Of a stretch of 64,000 nt of DNA, positions 25,800-38,734 are shown piece by piece. Position 1 is the stretch's first letter; the number at the start of each line of letters is the position of its first letter. The DNA is from Centroscyllium fabricii (Eukaryota). Made by a program: the position numbers and the translations under genes. The DNA lies in assembly GCA_051313645.2 (NCBI GenBank), contig JBNRSN020000008.1, positions 175,150,001-175,214,000 of the forward strand, read 5' to 3'. A model generated the notes under the pieces. It saw only the letters and a program-made list of their open reading frames with translations, ran no database searches and had not been told where the DNA came from.

Positions 25800-28700
25800 C
25801 AGCTACAGAAAAACACTGAGGGGGACACACGTACAGAGGTAGTATGGGTGGAGCTTAGAAATAGGAAAGGGGCGGTAACGTTAGTGGGAGTCTTTTATAG
25901 ACCACCAAATAGTAACGGAGGTGGAGGAGGAAATTGCGCGACAAATAATGGATAGATGTGGGGGACATAGGGAAATTGAAATCTCCCATGATAACTACCC
26001 TAATATAGACTGGAATCTAGGTAGGTCAAATAGTGTAGATGGGGAGATTTTCATACAATGCGTGCACGAAGGTTTCCTGACACAATACGTGGAGGAACCA
26101 ACAAGGGGTGGGGCAACTTTGGACCTGGTTCTGGGAAATGAACCAGGCCAAGTGGTAGAACTGGGGGTAAGGGAGCACTTTGGGGACAGTGACCACAACT
26201 CGGTGACGTTCACAATAGTAATGGAGAAGGATAGGAGCATGAGGCAGGGTAAGGTATACAGCTGGGGGAGGGAAAATTACGACCGGGTTAGGCAGGATTT
26301 AGCTAACCTCGATTGGGAACGAGAACTTGCTGGGAGGGGAACAAGAAAAATGGAGTGTTCAGGGAGCAAATTATGAAAGCCCCGGATAAGCATGTCCCGA
26401 GTAGGATGGGAAACAAGGGAAAGATGAGAGAACCGTGGATCACGAAAGAGGTAGAACATTTAGTAAAGAAGAAGGAGGCGGCATATGATAGAATGAGAAA
26501 GCAGGGTACAGCATGAGCGGGAAAGGAGTACAAAGAAGCAAGGAAAGAAGAATGGGCTAAGGGAGGGCATGAGAAGGCATTAGCGGGGAGGATAAAGGAG
26601 AACCCTAACGCTTTATGCTTGCGTAAGAAATAAAAGGATGACTAGGATAAGAGTAGGGCCGATCAAAGACGGCAAGGGAGAAATGTGCAGTCAGAGGAAA
26701 TTGGGGAAGCACTAAATGAATATTTTGTGTCCGTGTTCACAAGGGAGAGGGGACTAAAAGTAGAGGAGGAGTGCAAGATACAAGGGGAAAGGATGGGGGA
26801 AGTAAATATTCAGAGGGAGGGGGTATTAGATATTTTGGAGAAACTGAAGGTAGACAAATCTCCTGGGCTGGACGGGATATATCCAAGGATTCTCTGGGAA
26901 GCGAGGAACAAAATCGCAGAGCCACTGACCTCTATCTTTAGATCCTCGAGGATAGTCCCTGAGGACTGGAGAGAGGCGAATGTGGTTCCCATATTTAAAA
27001 AGGGGAGCAGGGACGAGCCAGGGAACGACAGACCAGTCAGCCTTACCTCGGTGGTCGGAAAGGTGATGGAAAGGGTCCTGAGGGACAGGATCTACGACCA
27101 TCTAGAAAGGGGCAAATTAATCAGGAGCAGTCAGCACGGATTCGTTGAGGGCAAATCGTGCCTGACCAACCTGATAGAATTCTTTGAAGAGGTGACCAAG
27201 TGTGTGGACGAGGGAAAGGCGGTTGATGTCATGTATATGGACTTCAGCAAGGCGTTCGACAAGGTCCCGCACGGTCGACTCATGATGAAAGTAAGGAGTT
27301 GCGGGGTAAACAAAGAAGTAGTGGGATGGATTGAGAACTGGCTGGCTCAGAGAAAGCAGAGGGTAGTGGTAGAGGGCCAATACTCGGGTTGGAGACCGGT
27401 CACCAGTGGGGTGCCACAGGGGTCGGTGTTGGGGCCACTACTATTTCAATTCAATTCAAGTTTTATTGTCATTGCAGAGTACTAGTACAATACAACGAGA
27501 CGAAGACTCGACTCTCCCGAGAGTAGTGCAAATAAATAAATTACATGCAAATTGCATACAGTAATGTACATTATCAGGCGTGCAGGTACCGGAGTTTCTT
27601 TTTAGAGTTCAGGAGGCTGACAGCCCTGGGGAAGAAGCTGTTCTGAAATCTAGTCGTGCGGGTGCAAATTGCTCTGTAGCGTCTCCCAGAGGGCTGGGGG
27701 GCGAACAGACTGTGGCTGGGGTGTGTGGGGTCTTTAATAATGTTCAGAGACCTCCGTAAGCAGCGTTTGAGGTAGATGCTTTCCATTGACGGTAGCTGTG
27801 TACTGGTAATTCGTTGGGCAGTTTTGACTACCCGCTGCAGGGTTTTCCGGTCCGAGATAGTACAATTACCATATCAGTGATGCAGCTTGTCAGTATGCTT
27901 TCTATTGTGCAGCGGTAGAAGTTGGAGAGGATGCCGGATGACAGCCTGGCTTTCTTCAGCTTCCTTAGGAAGTACAGGCGCTGTTGGGCCTTCTTAACCA
28001 GAGAGGAGGTGTTTAGTGACCAGGAGAGATCTTCCGAGATGTGGACCCCGAGGAACTTGAAGCTGTTTGTAATCTTTTATCAATGACTTGGAGGAGGGGA
28101 CTGAGGGGTGGGTCAGCAAATTTGCAGATGACAAAGATTGGGGGAGTAGTGGACGAGGAGGAAGGAAGTAGAAGGCTTGAGGGATATAGATAGCATGCAG
28201 AGCTGGGCTGAAGAATGGCAAATGGAGTTCAACACGGGGAAATGCGAGGTGATACACTTCGGTAGGGCAAATAGGAATAGGGAATATAGGGTCAACGGCA
28301 GGGTCCTGAGCGAAGCAAAGGGATCTGGGAGTATATGTACACAGATCATTGAAGGCTGCCACCCAGGTGGATAAGGCAGTAAAAAAGGCCTATGGTGTAT
28401 TGGCCTTCATCAACAGGGGAATAGAGTTTAAGAACCGGTAGGTTATGCTACAGTTGTACAGGTCACTGGTGAGACCACACTTGGAGTACTGTGTGCAGTT
28501 CTGGGCACCGTACTACAGGAGGGATGTGGAGGCGTTGGAGAGGGTACAGAGGAGATTCACCAGGATGCTGCCGGGAATGGGGGGAAAGTCGTACGAGGAG
28601 AGGTTGAGGGAGCTGGGACTCTTCTCCCTGGAACGGAGAAGGAAGAGGGGGGACTTAATAGAGATGTTTAAAATGATGAAGGGGATCGATAGAGTAAACG

Positions 28701-28990
28701 TGCAGCGACTGTTTCCCCGGGTGGGAAGAACGACAACAAGAGGGCACAAACACAAGATTCAAGGAGGAAGATTCAGAAGGGATGGCAGGGGCAAGTTCTT
28801 TACGCAGAGAGTGGTCGGAGAGTGGAATAGGCTACCATCTGAAATAGTGGATGCGGACAGTCTGGGAGCTTTTAAAAGGATGATAGATAGGTACATGGAG
28901 GGGAAGGAGTAGGGGGGACAGGAAAAATCAGACGGACTAAGCGCGGCACTACATTGAGGGCCCAAGGCCCTGTACAGTGCTCTATGTTCT
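25800..28990 (+). mobile_element. CR1 LINE ORF2 (EN, RT, C-terminus) interrupted by a Rex1 fragment
   Basis: ORFs 25921-26376 (PTRGGATLDLVL, GDSDH), 26685-27485 (DFSKAFDKVPH, GVPQGSVLGP) and 28445-28912. Confidence 0.92.
27447..28060 (-). mobile_element. Rex1/Babar LINE 3' fragment
   Basis: FKFLGVHISEDLSWS...KKAQQRLYFLRKLK...DPTHPSHSLF...SGRRYR...NSFFPRAV; 3' end AATGACAATAAAACTTGAA(TTGAA)n. Confidence 0.88.
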
Positions 28991-28999
28991 ATGATCTCC

Positions 29000-29780
29000 G
29001 CCTCAGCTAGAAACAAATGCAGCTCTCGCACAAGGGAATTTAGTGAGTCCACGTCCACCACATGAGATGGCAGCAGGTTTGAGGTCCTCAATTTTCTCAC
29101 AAGAACTACCTCCTGACATCTAACCTAGATCTAGCCTTGTACAACTTAAATTTATGACCCCTGATCCTCCCTAACCTATTTAATTGAAATAAACTGTCCG
29201 CTGGAACACAATTTATTCCCTTCATTATGTTGCAAACCCCGATCAAATCCTGTCCGCCCCCCAAAGTCGACATTTCTCTAAGGTGTAGTGTCCCAACTCT
29301 TGGTTTAGACTGGGTATTAATCTGGTGGCCCTCCTGCACCCTCTCCAGTCTCTATCACCCACCATGTGAGGAGACCCAAACTGGACACAGTATTCCAAAT
29401 GTGGTCTGACAGGTCTTGTACAAGGACAAAACCGTATGTCTTGTACTCAATTGTCCTTTGGATACACCCAAGCACCCGTTTTGCTCCAGGTATCACTACA
29501 CAGCCTTTAAGGATGTATGCACTAGAATGCCCAAATCTTGTTTTCTGTCTCCACCGTCTTTAATGCCTTTACCTGAAGGGGGTCTGATTGTTGAGCATTT
29601 GCCCTGCCCACATGCATAACACTGCACTTCTCTAAGTTGTATGTCATTTTCCAATCTCCCATCATCCAGCATATTACGATCTGCCTGAAGCAGACAAACA
29701 TCTACAGTTCTAACACTTGCACAAATCTTGGTATCATCTGTAAATTTGCAGATTGTACCCCCAACCCCGACAGCCAGATC
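29000..29780 (-). mobile_element. Older CR1 3' fragment
   Basis: KFTDDTKI, DLGILV and RGHKFKLYKARSRLDVRR fragments. Confidence 0.7.
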
Positions 29781-29793
29781 ATTGTTAAGAATA

Positions 29794-30031
29794 ATGTGGA
29801 GGTGCCGGTGTTGGACTGGGGTGGACAAATGCAAAAAGTCACAACACCAGATTTATAGTCCAACGGTTTTATTTTAAATCACAAGCTTTCGGAGCTTTTG
29901 CCCCTTCGTCAGGTGAACAAAGAACAAAGAGTCTCTCTTTGTTCACCTGACGAAGGGGCAAAAGCTCCGAAAGCTTGTGATTTAAAATAAAACCGTTGGA
30001 CTATAAATCTGGTGTTGTGTGACTTTTTGCA
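29794..30031. mobile_element. Penelope terminal-repeat-only fold-back insertion with two hammerhead motifs
   Basis: Inverted arms 29830-29923 and 29936-30031; 13-bp TSD ATTGTTAAGAATA at 29781-29793 and 30032-30044. Confidence 0.85.
29943..29980 (+). ncRNA. Minimal type I hammerhead ribozyme motif
   Basis: UCAC-CUGACGA-A-GGGGC-AAAA-GCUCC-GAA-AGCU-U-GUGA: intact core, 5-bp stem II, palindromic stem III, 4-bp stem I. Mirror copy on - at 29879-29916. Confidence 0.75.
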
Positions 30032-30068
30032 ATTGTTAAGAATAGTAGAGGTTCTAAATCTTATATGT

Positions 30069-30350
30069 ATGATGTGGAAGTGCCGGTGTTGGACTGGGCT
30101 GGACAATTGTGAGTAGTCACACAACACCAGGTTTTGTCCAACAGTTTTATTTGAAATCACAAGCTTTCGGAGCATAGCTCCTTCATCGCTAGAAGAGATT
30201 CATTTAAACACAGCATATATAGAGGGAGAGAACAATGTAATCTTTCTAACTGTTCTACATCACACCTCAGCAGAGAGACATCCACAGCAATCAAAGGTGT
30301 GAATGGTGTTTTAACAGATCAGTCAGTTAACAATCATGAAAGGGTGGGAC
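30069..30350 (-). mobile_element. Penelope terminal repeat, decayed copy
   Basis: Same family as 29794-30031 and 31486-31640; hammerhead core mutated. Confidence 0.7.
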
Positions 30351-30409
30351 AGAGTGGATAGAAAGACTTTTTCCAGTAACAAGGTCATAAATATAATTGT
30401 AAGAAGTGC

Positions 30410-30680
30410 CATCGTTCAAATATCAAACTGGTCTGCTATCTCTGGTGGATGAAAAAGATCCCATGGCACTATTTGAAGAGGAGCAGGGAGTTCTCCCAGT
30501 GTCCTGGACAACATTTATCCCTCAAGCAATACCACTTTAAAATAAAGTTATCTGGTCATTATAACATTGCTGTTTGTAGGACCTTAACTATACACAATAT
30601 TTCTGACATTAGAGACTGCATGCCAAAAAAAAATAATTTGCTGTAAAGTGCTTTGGGATGTCCTGAGGTCATGAAATGTT
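30410..30680 (+). mobile_element. Deu-domain SINE fragment (SacSINE1/AmnSINE1-like core) with L2-like tail
   Basis: AAAGATCCCATGGCACTATTTGAAGAGGAGCAGGGAGTTCTCCCAGTGTCCTGG core; tail TGTAAAGTGCTTTGGGATGTCCTGAGG. Confidence 0.7.
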
Positions 30681-31485
30681 TTTATTGACAAAGTTAAATT
30701 TTGAGAAGGTTTTGCAAAGTCGATCAGGTAATTTTGGAAAATAGGACTGAGTTGGCAGAAAGTTCTGTCAGTAGTGATGGGGCAAAGTGAGTGTCTAAAA
30801 AGCTAGAGTTGGAGAACCAGAGGGTATAGAAGGCTGGAGGAGGTTGAAAACATGGTATGCTGTGAACTAATGGAGGAATTTTGAAGAGTATTTTAAATTC
30901 AATTCACTGTGGCAAGGCATCAAAGTCATATTGAAGAACTTTACAATGAATTACTTTAAGGCACAATGACAGTTATATAGGGAAATGTAGCAGCCATTTG
31001 TGTACAAGATCCCACAAACAACAATGACTAGTCACTTTTTTTGGTGCTGCTGGTTAAGGGATAAGGTTGGCCAAGACTCCAAGTTATTGCATTGGTCCAG
31101 AAACAGATATGAGGGATGCAGGGAGGACAGGTTGGTTCAGTGTTGTACAGTTTACTATAATCCTCTGACCATGAAATGCATCATAGCAGTGTTATGGCAT
31201 CTTTTTGGGTTAGGGACCTATGTACAGTTTAGTCTCACTTGACGCTTTAGGTATAAATGGCTGTCTTCTCCCAGTCAGTGCAACTACATCATTCTCAATA
31301 TCACTTGATTTCCTATCGTGTGCTGCAGCAGTGAAACTTTTGATTTATGGTGTATTGTTGCCATAGGTTTGCTTAATGGATGTGATCATTTTGTAATGTT
31401 TTCCTTTTAGCTTACTTAAAAACTGTCCTACAAAATTCCAGTGTTTAAAAAATTCCAAGTAATTTTATGCTGATTTATCCTATTT

Positions 31486-32030
31486 AAGAAGTCACACAAC
31501 ACCAGGTTATAGTCCAACAGTTTGATTTGAAATCACAAGCTTTCGGAGCGTCTGTCCCTTCGTCAGGTGAAAGAGAAGTTCATTTACAGACAGCATATGT
31601 ATAAGGGAGAGAGCAGTCTAATCTCTCCAACATCACACTTCAGCAGAGACATAGAGCAGACAAAGGTGTTTTAACATATTAATCAGGCACCAGTCTGAGA
31701 TCAATGAGGTGTAGTCACAAGGGTCAAATGTTGCAGTCTTGTGTCTGAAAACACTGATTTTTAAAAAGGATTTTCCTCACTGGAAATCACCGCAGCGAAC
31801 GAGACAAAGATGGCTCGAGTCTGGCTGACTCTACGTGAGGAGGGGTCACATGTAGCGTGACATGAAGCCAATATCACGGTTGAGGCTGTCCTCATGGGTG
31901 CAGAATTTGGCTATCAGCCTCTGCTCGACGATTTTGCGTTGTCGTGTGTCTCGAAGGCCGCCTTGGAGAATGCTGACCCGAAGATCGGAGGCTGAATGTC
32001 CTTGACTGCTGAAGTGTTCCGACTGGGAGG
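31486..32030 (-). mobile_element. Penelope-like element 3' end (GIY-YIG C-terminus and terminal repeat with hammerhead at 31533-31570)
   Basis: EHFSSQGHSASDLRVSILQGG...EQRLIAKFCTHEDSLNRD; links the hammerhead repeat family to a PLE ORF. Confidence 0.85.
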
Positions 32031-32075
32031 GCATGGCAGTAATGTACTGTGTAAAACTTGCTTTTTCTTTTGCAG

Positions 32076-32181
32076 CAAACTGCGTCGAGGGGATGATTTC
32101 ACAGACTCAAAGTTTCTGCATTCACCTGTGTTTAAAACTGGAAAGAAAAAAAGGTGCAGTGTACCAAAAGTGCACAAGTAA
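32076..32181 (+). CDS. SGO2: Shugoshin last coding exon (SKLRRGDDFTDSKFLHSPVFKTGKKKRCSVPKVHK*)
   Basis: Polypyrimidine acceptor ctttttcttttgcag|; phase 2 completes YKEPTLHSKLRRGD, the shugoshin C-terminal motif. Stop TAA ends at 32181. Confidence 0.88.
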
Positions 32182-32241
32182 GCATTTGGGAAGAAGAAAA
32201 GGCAACTTGGTTGATTTTCTTTTGATTTTTGTAATGACCTC

Positions 32242-32399
32242 AATAAATTTCCACTTCGATGTATTGTATTGGCCAGTTTATTTGTTTATTGATCTTGAGT
32301 TTATATCATTTTACCATTCATTGTCATGGATTTTTTTAAAGTATATTTTGACTCTACAATGTATATTTTTGCAAGTTTCTGCTTTAGTAACAAAATAAA
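32242..32399 (+). promoter_or_regulatory. Candidate poly(A) signals of the shugoshin gene
   Basis: AATAAA at 32242-32247 and 32394-32399 in U-rich sequence just after the stop codon. Confidence 0.45.
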
Positions 32400-34559
32400 A
32401 ACCTTATGCTACAATACAATTTATGGCTGAATTTTTCTTGGAAAAAATACATTGAATCATCTCTAATATTATATAGGATCTTTGTTTCATACCAGCAATG
32501 GACAGGAAAGTTTGGAAAACTTTCACCCAAAATGAAGGATTATTTCCAAAACTGTTTGACTTTTATTAGGAAGTTATATTATTGCTTTGAAAACTGAACT
32601 TTTCATACTCCACTGTAAAGGTAATGGCCAGCCTGTGTGTATATTGTTTTTCCATACTAGATTTTTACTTCCATCTGCTATAGCTGGTCTGGGGGCAAAA
32701 TAATTTATAACAAACTTTATTGTAGTGACTATTTTAAAATCCGTTTTGGATATAAGTTGCAATCAAGACTTTACTAGTTTTTGAAAGCTAGTAATGTTTA
32801 TTTTTTTAATTTATGCACGCTTAAAAATGGTTACTTCAGTCTAGGGTTTCACTTGTTCACCATCCTTCTAGGAACTGCTGCAGCATTACCAAAAGGTAAT
32901 TAACAAAAAACTTGCTTACCTGAATGTGGAGCTGGGAAGTGCAGAAATGATCCTCCCAGCTCCATATTAAAACCACAGCTCACTCTCCCTCTCACTGCTT
33001 CACTGCTTGCTCCTGTCTCCCAGTAACTACCCAAGGGCTTCTGCTGGTGATCTAAAATTAAAATCTTTGCCAGTGAGCTACCTGGGGACACCTAATGGGC
33101 ATCTACAGTTCACTGGGCTAGTTCTCAGGGCAGGGATTGTCAGCACAAACCAATTTCTAGGCTTTAAAAAAAAACTAATTGATTGCTTTTAAAATTCAAC
33201 GAATTTATTTGTGCTTTAAAAAGACCATCATTGACTGAGGAAAGATACTGACAAAATGTAAATATAATTAAAATACAAGCTGTTTGCTTCCAACTTTCAA
33301 TTAAGAGGCTGTTTAATATGCTATAAATTTATAGAATACACAACTGCCGTGTAATTAGTTTGTCAATTCTTTCTTGCTCACAAACCCATTTCAAAGAAAA
33401 TATTTTAAATAAAATTAGCTGAAATAAAGCTTCTGAAATTTGTCCGAGCTTTTCTTAAGCTTTTAGTTTGTGCTTAGTTTTCAAAATTAAGAAAAATATC
33501 CTGTTTGGCTGACTAAATGGTACGAATGGTTCCTGAAGATGAGTAACCTGCAGATGCTTCGACTGCACACTTCCTTCAGCTAATGGGGTCACAGCTCGGA
33601 GCAAAAAATGTCCAAACTCAACTTTGAGATTGGGCCCTAAAAGTAAACACTAAGGCATTAAAAGACAATTCAATGTAAATGTAACTGAAAGATGTTGTCA
33701 TTTAACATTGAAATTCATTATTTAAGTACTACTGAAGAGTTAGAAGTATTAAAGGTAAGTACTGTAAATTTCACATTGGACTTCCTATTAATGTTTACGA
33801 TTTTAAAATGAAAGTACACCATATTAAAAACCTTACACCATACTAGGCCTAATAAGCAATACCATCTCCAAGCAGAGAATTTCAAAACGGATGTGGAGTA
33901 CATTCTTTACCACATAGCTGGGTCATTCTGCAAGTCCTTGGACAAATCTAATGATTGCCATTGAAAGCTTCTGCAAGGTGATGTGAAATAATCCACACAC
34001 CATTACAAAGCACTACAATTTGGATCTGGTTAGTTGGCAGAGGATGTGCCCCTCTCATCAAATCATTGCTCAACTTTGAGTATGTGCAGGGTGAATCAAA
34101 ATGAACCAATAGTATGCAAGTAACTCACTAACAGGAAGGAAAGGATCAACTAGGTGACTTCCCTGATGTGATGGCTTAAAGGGGCACTGTCCCTTTTTGA
34201 TGACCTATCTAGCTGGGTGTGACTAATAGCATGTTGCATGTGCCTCTTAAGATACTGACAAACTCCCTTTAAGAATACCCATGTCTTTAACCTAGATAAT
34301 GTCAAATGGTAGGAATTCAGTGTCATTTTACAACTCATTGGTCAAGTGCACTTGGAATCATGTAATTTTGGACATCCTGCCTCCAAAGCCATATCAGTAA
34401 AGCAGATGATAGAAATGCAATGAGGACAATTTACACATTCGAGCAATGTAATTCTAAATAACATTGAATAATTAGTATTCAGAACAGTGACGGGAGAAAT
34501 TTCTGTTGGTGTGTGGGGGGGGGCAAATCACATTACGGTTGAAGTGATCAAACCCCTAA

Positions 34560-35123
34560 AGGCCCTGTCACACCTAGACGTTTTAGCCAGCCTATGCAAA
34601 TGAGGCTAAAACGCTGAACTTTCGACACTTTGTTCAATTTTTGGAGTATTGGACGTATGCATAACGTATGCGTAGCGTATTAGTAACGTACACAGAGCGT
34701 ATCAATAACGAATGCTTAGCGTTCACAACTTATGCCCAACGATAGTCTAACGTATGCATAGCGCGCGGCAGCGTATCGCCGACGTTTTAGATAAATTTAG
34801 AAAAAATTGGAAAACGCTAGCTTTAAATCGTCAAGGTGTGACAGGGCATGACAGGGGCAAGGTAATGTGTGTTTAACGATCGCCTAACGTGCCTACAACG
34901 TATGTCCAGCGTATGCGGAACGTATAAATCGTAACATTTATACGTCGTGATTTTTTGTGCATGCACAAAAAATCACGACTTATACGACTTATACAACTTA
35001 TGGCCAGCGTATGCCAGCGTGCTCTTAACGTATGCATAACGTACCCATAACTTGTCCAACGTATACCAGCGTATCGGCCAAATTTGCATACGCAAGCTAA
35101 AACGTCAAGGTGTGACAGGGCCT
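34560..35123. mobile_element. PIF/Harbinger-type MITE, CpG-rich
   Basis: 28-bp TIRs AGGCCCTGTCACACCT(A/T)GACGTTTTAGC; TAA TSD at 34557-34559 and 35124-35126. Confidence 0.88.
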
Positions 35124-35266
35124 TAAGTCATTGATTCTCCCGTTTGACTGGGTTCATCCTCCTGTCAAAAGTCAGTGTACCTCCTTTTCGGGGTCTTCAA
35201 ATGGCAAGATTTTGTCGAGGCAAAACAAACATTTTCCTCCTCCAAGAGTAAATTTATAAGTAAATT

Positions 35267-36207
35267 TTTATTTGAGTAGTAAGTGTTCTAATAAAAAATT
35301 TAGTAAATTATATTTCACCAGGACAATTTTTACACCAGGACAATTTTTACAAATGTGAAAATAAACAGTGAAAGCAAAGCCCAAGAGCAAAAAGTTTATC
35401 CTTTGTTCAAAATACTCCATTTTATACAATAAACATTAGCTTCAAGAAAATAACAATTAAATATTGTGGGGTAGAATTTCCATGGGGTTCCCATCAATGC
35501 TATGGCAGGAGTGAGAATCTCTGCAGAAATTCCAGGCAAAAATCAAAAGTGGAGCCCTTTTGCTGTTAATGGCCTAAAAAAGGATACCCCATAGCCAAAA
35601 GTGGCATCTGTAGATTTAAAAACTGGCCGAGGTTTTCCAGAACCTCCTGACCCCAGGAGTCCAAGCTACTGGCTAGGAAATTAGCATTTTTAATTGCAAG
35701 TCGGGTTTTCCAGGGTCTGCCAGCTCCAGAATAGCCGTCAGTCTTCACTGGTTCTTTTGGAGCTACACGCCACCTAATGTCACGAGTTGCTTAACCAATG
35801 GCTGGTAAGAAATGACACTTAAAATAAAGTCAATCAAAATTCTTGAGGCAAATATGCTGTAAAATTGGAGAGTTTTGAACAAAGTATTTCCCTTCGACTT
35901 TCCTCCCCCTTTTTAAGTCTTAAAAACTGCAGTACATAGTAACATGGACTGAAGACTATGTTCATCAATACCTGAAGAAATTCAGATTTTTACAAGTTCG
36001 GTGTGTAGGCATTAAAAACCTATTAAATGGTGCCTTCTGACTGGTTGTGTTCACAGCAATAGTAATGAAAGTGCCATACACGTAATTATTTAGCAATAGA
36101 TACCAAGTAATCTCTCAACACAATCTGTAAAAAGTCATGATCAAAACTAGCAGCAACTTATCCAACTGCTCAATACTAGTATGCAACAATGTGTTTCAAG
36201 TTTTATT
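35267..36207 (-). promoter_or_regulatory. Candidate IDH1 poly(A) signals within the putative 3' UTR
   Basis: AATAAA on - at 36207-36202 and 35272-35267. Confidence 0.4.
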
Positions 36208-36384
36208 ACCTGCTAAATAAATAGTGACCCCCTCAATGCAACTTTAATATTCAGATTATGGCTTTCATCAATGTAAAAGCTAGATTTGACTGCATCGCAA
36301 TTATTTGACATTCTACCATTCAGTATATTAAGAGACCATGTTTAACAATGTAGTGTACCTTCGACACTGCATACTTAGCCAGTT

Positions 36385-36480
<96 letters not shown>

Positions 36481-38734
36481 TCAAAAAAAAAAGTGAATTT
36501 CAATTAAGAATTAAACTAGTAAGAAATGCTCACAAAAAACAAGTATTTATGAAGAAGCCAGTTTGACCTCAAAGCTGGATTTTTCCTAATTCACATTTGA
36601 CATTTTTATTGATTATACAAAATGTTCATGTGTGCATTTTAAACCAGTGATGAAGAATTGACATGTATATATTAGTGCTATATTTTTAGATATGGAGAGA
36701 ATAATTATTTATGAATTAAGTTGGCATCCGGATAGTTTTCCTTAAGCTCTTTCCAGCTTATGTTTACATCGGAGGTACTGCCGTGACTGGTACACACTTG
36801 AGTGTTTTATCCAATGTTTATGTAAAGTTTGTTAATGTGGTGTCAAAACATAATCTTTACTTTCAACACTTTTGGGTTTTGGACAGATTTGTGTGCACCT
36901 TTGGAAGTGGCTTAGTGAGTTGCAGTGAATGGTGAGACATAACAGTACCCCTGCAATGGATGAGTGTGAAAGGAATGCCTTGGTCATTGTAGGGATGCTT
37001 TATGATGTTGCTGTCGGGTGGTGCCAACCTGGCGCATCATATGGCAGCCATATGGGTGTACAGCGTAAAGTTAACTAAATCTGGCCATGATGCAGCCATC
37101 CCTGGCCCCCTGGGCAGCAATGTGCTCGGGTATTGTGGAGAAGTGGTGGTGCTGCTGGTGTGCCAGTTCATCGTGGTCCAATTCGGCGGACCAAGGTGAG
37201 CCAGTATAAACGGCATCCACGTTGATGGAATAGATGGCAAGTTAAATACAAATGACAGAAGTATTCCGTCAATGGTGAGAGAGTTCTTCCAATGAGGTGC
37301 CACTGGATGGAGACTTTGCTGGAAACACTAGCAGCCTACAGAATCTGTGCTGGAAATGAACGGAGCAACAGCTTCTGCCTGAGGAAAGTGATGATCTGTC
37401 AGGTGGGAGCTTTTACTGTACATTTGATGCTGTCAAGTAATCAGCTGGAGCAATGGACACCGAACTCCTGCCTCAGGTTGACAGACATGGTTCCCAATCA
37501 GCGTGAATCCCATGACCATGCAAGGAAATTCAAAAAGTAAGTAGAAAGAGGCCCTTAAGTGCCTGTAAATTACCTGATAATGATTTCAATTAGGTCACTA
37601 CCAGTCGAGTTGGCTCCGCAATGACATGCGCTTGGGGGGGCAGGATGAAAGCTGGTTCCTGGCCCGCTGTCAAAAACAACTTTCCCACCTGACCTGCCAC
37701 CAATCATGCCCACTACCACCCTGGAAAATTCTAGCCATAGTTTTTTACCCTAGATATTTTTTTAGGTTCAGTGTCACTGGCCCCTCCCGTAAGTGGAACT
37801 CGAGTTCCCCATGAACCAGAATGCCTTCACCTGCCCAATATCTAGGTAAATGTAGCAATGCCCAGAAGTCAAAGAAAACCTTCATCATCACTCTGGTTTA
37901 CAGAATATACACATCACATGATCCCCTAGACTTCAATAGGAGGAAGAATAATGAAATCAGACTGATTCAGGCAATAAACCACTTATAAAAATTAAAAGTA
38001 GAAACAGTACCCAATGTAAATATATTTACAGTAAGTAATCTTAGTCAAAAACACCACATTTCCAGTGCCACCCTTCAACACGACTGATCTTCATTGCAGT
38101 CTTTTATTTCTTACATGGTACTCACTACCATGGAATCTTCCCGAAGTATCTTCCCGAAGTCCTCTAACTAGGCACAAACCCCAGTGGTTTCAGACTGACT
38201 AGCGAGCTGGATGCAGGCAACCAAACATAGACCTACAATTGGCACAGAATTATCCACTGAGGTTGAACATAGAATCATGGCCTACCCTCTCAAATCTGAC
38301 TAAAGTCTCGGACATGGGCATATCTAGCAATCAAATACTTTTATTTTAAAAGAGATCCCCAGGATGTCAATTATATAGAATATCTGAATTGAATGGAATG
38401 GCTTATTTCTGAGAAACCCATTGATCTGTTCTTACCACTTTGCTTAACCTGTGATTGCAGGAACTTAACACTTGTCCAATCAATTATCAAGGACAACACT
38501 TGGGACAGAATATGGTAATACCTCTGAATTGAACAGACATTAATATATTTAACACCCTTTGTCCCAGTAGGAACAAGTTAGAACTAAATATTGATGCAAT
38601 CATATCAGACCATAAATATCTCTGCCAATTTATGATTCGGCACACAGTGCTTAATGTTAACCATGTGTGTATTGTGACTAGCAATGTTAACCATGTGTGT
38701 ATTGTGACTAGCAGGAAAGAACTAACAATCAAAG

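Noticed and set aside
34600-35100. CRISPR-like or bacterial contaminant repeats
   Set aside because: The motifs are short and irregularly spaced, and are bounded by TIRs and a TAA TSD in continuous vertebrate sequence.
36770-37737. Decayed Harbinger-like element in the last IDH1 intron
   Set aside because: Only one terminus-like motif (AAATTCTAGCC) was seen, with no matching TIR, TSD or clear transposase motif, so it was not called.
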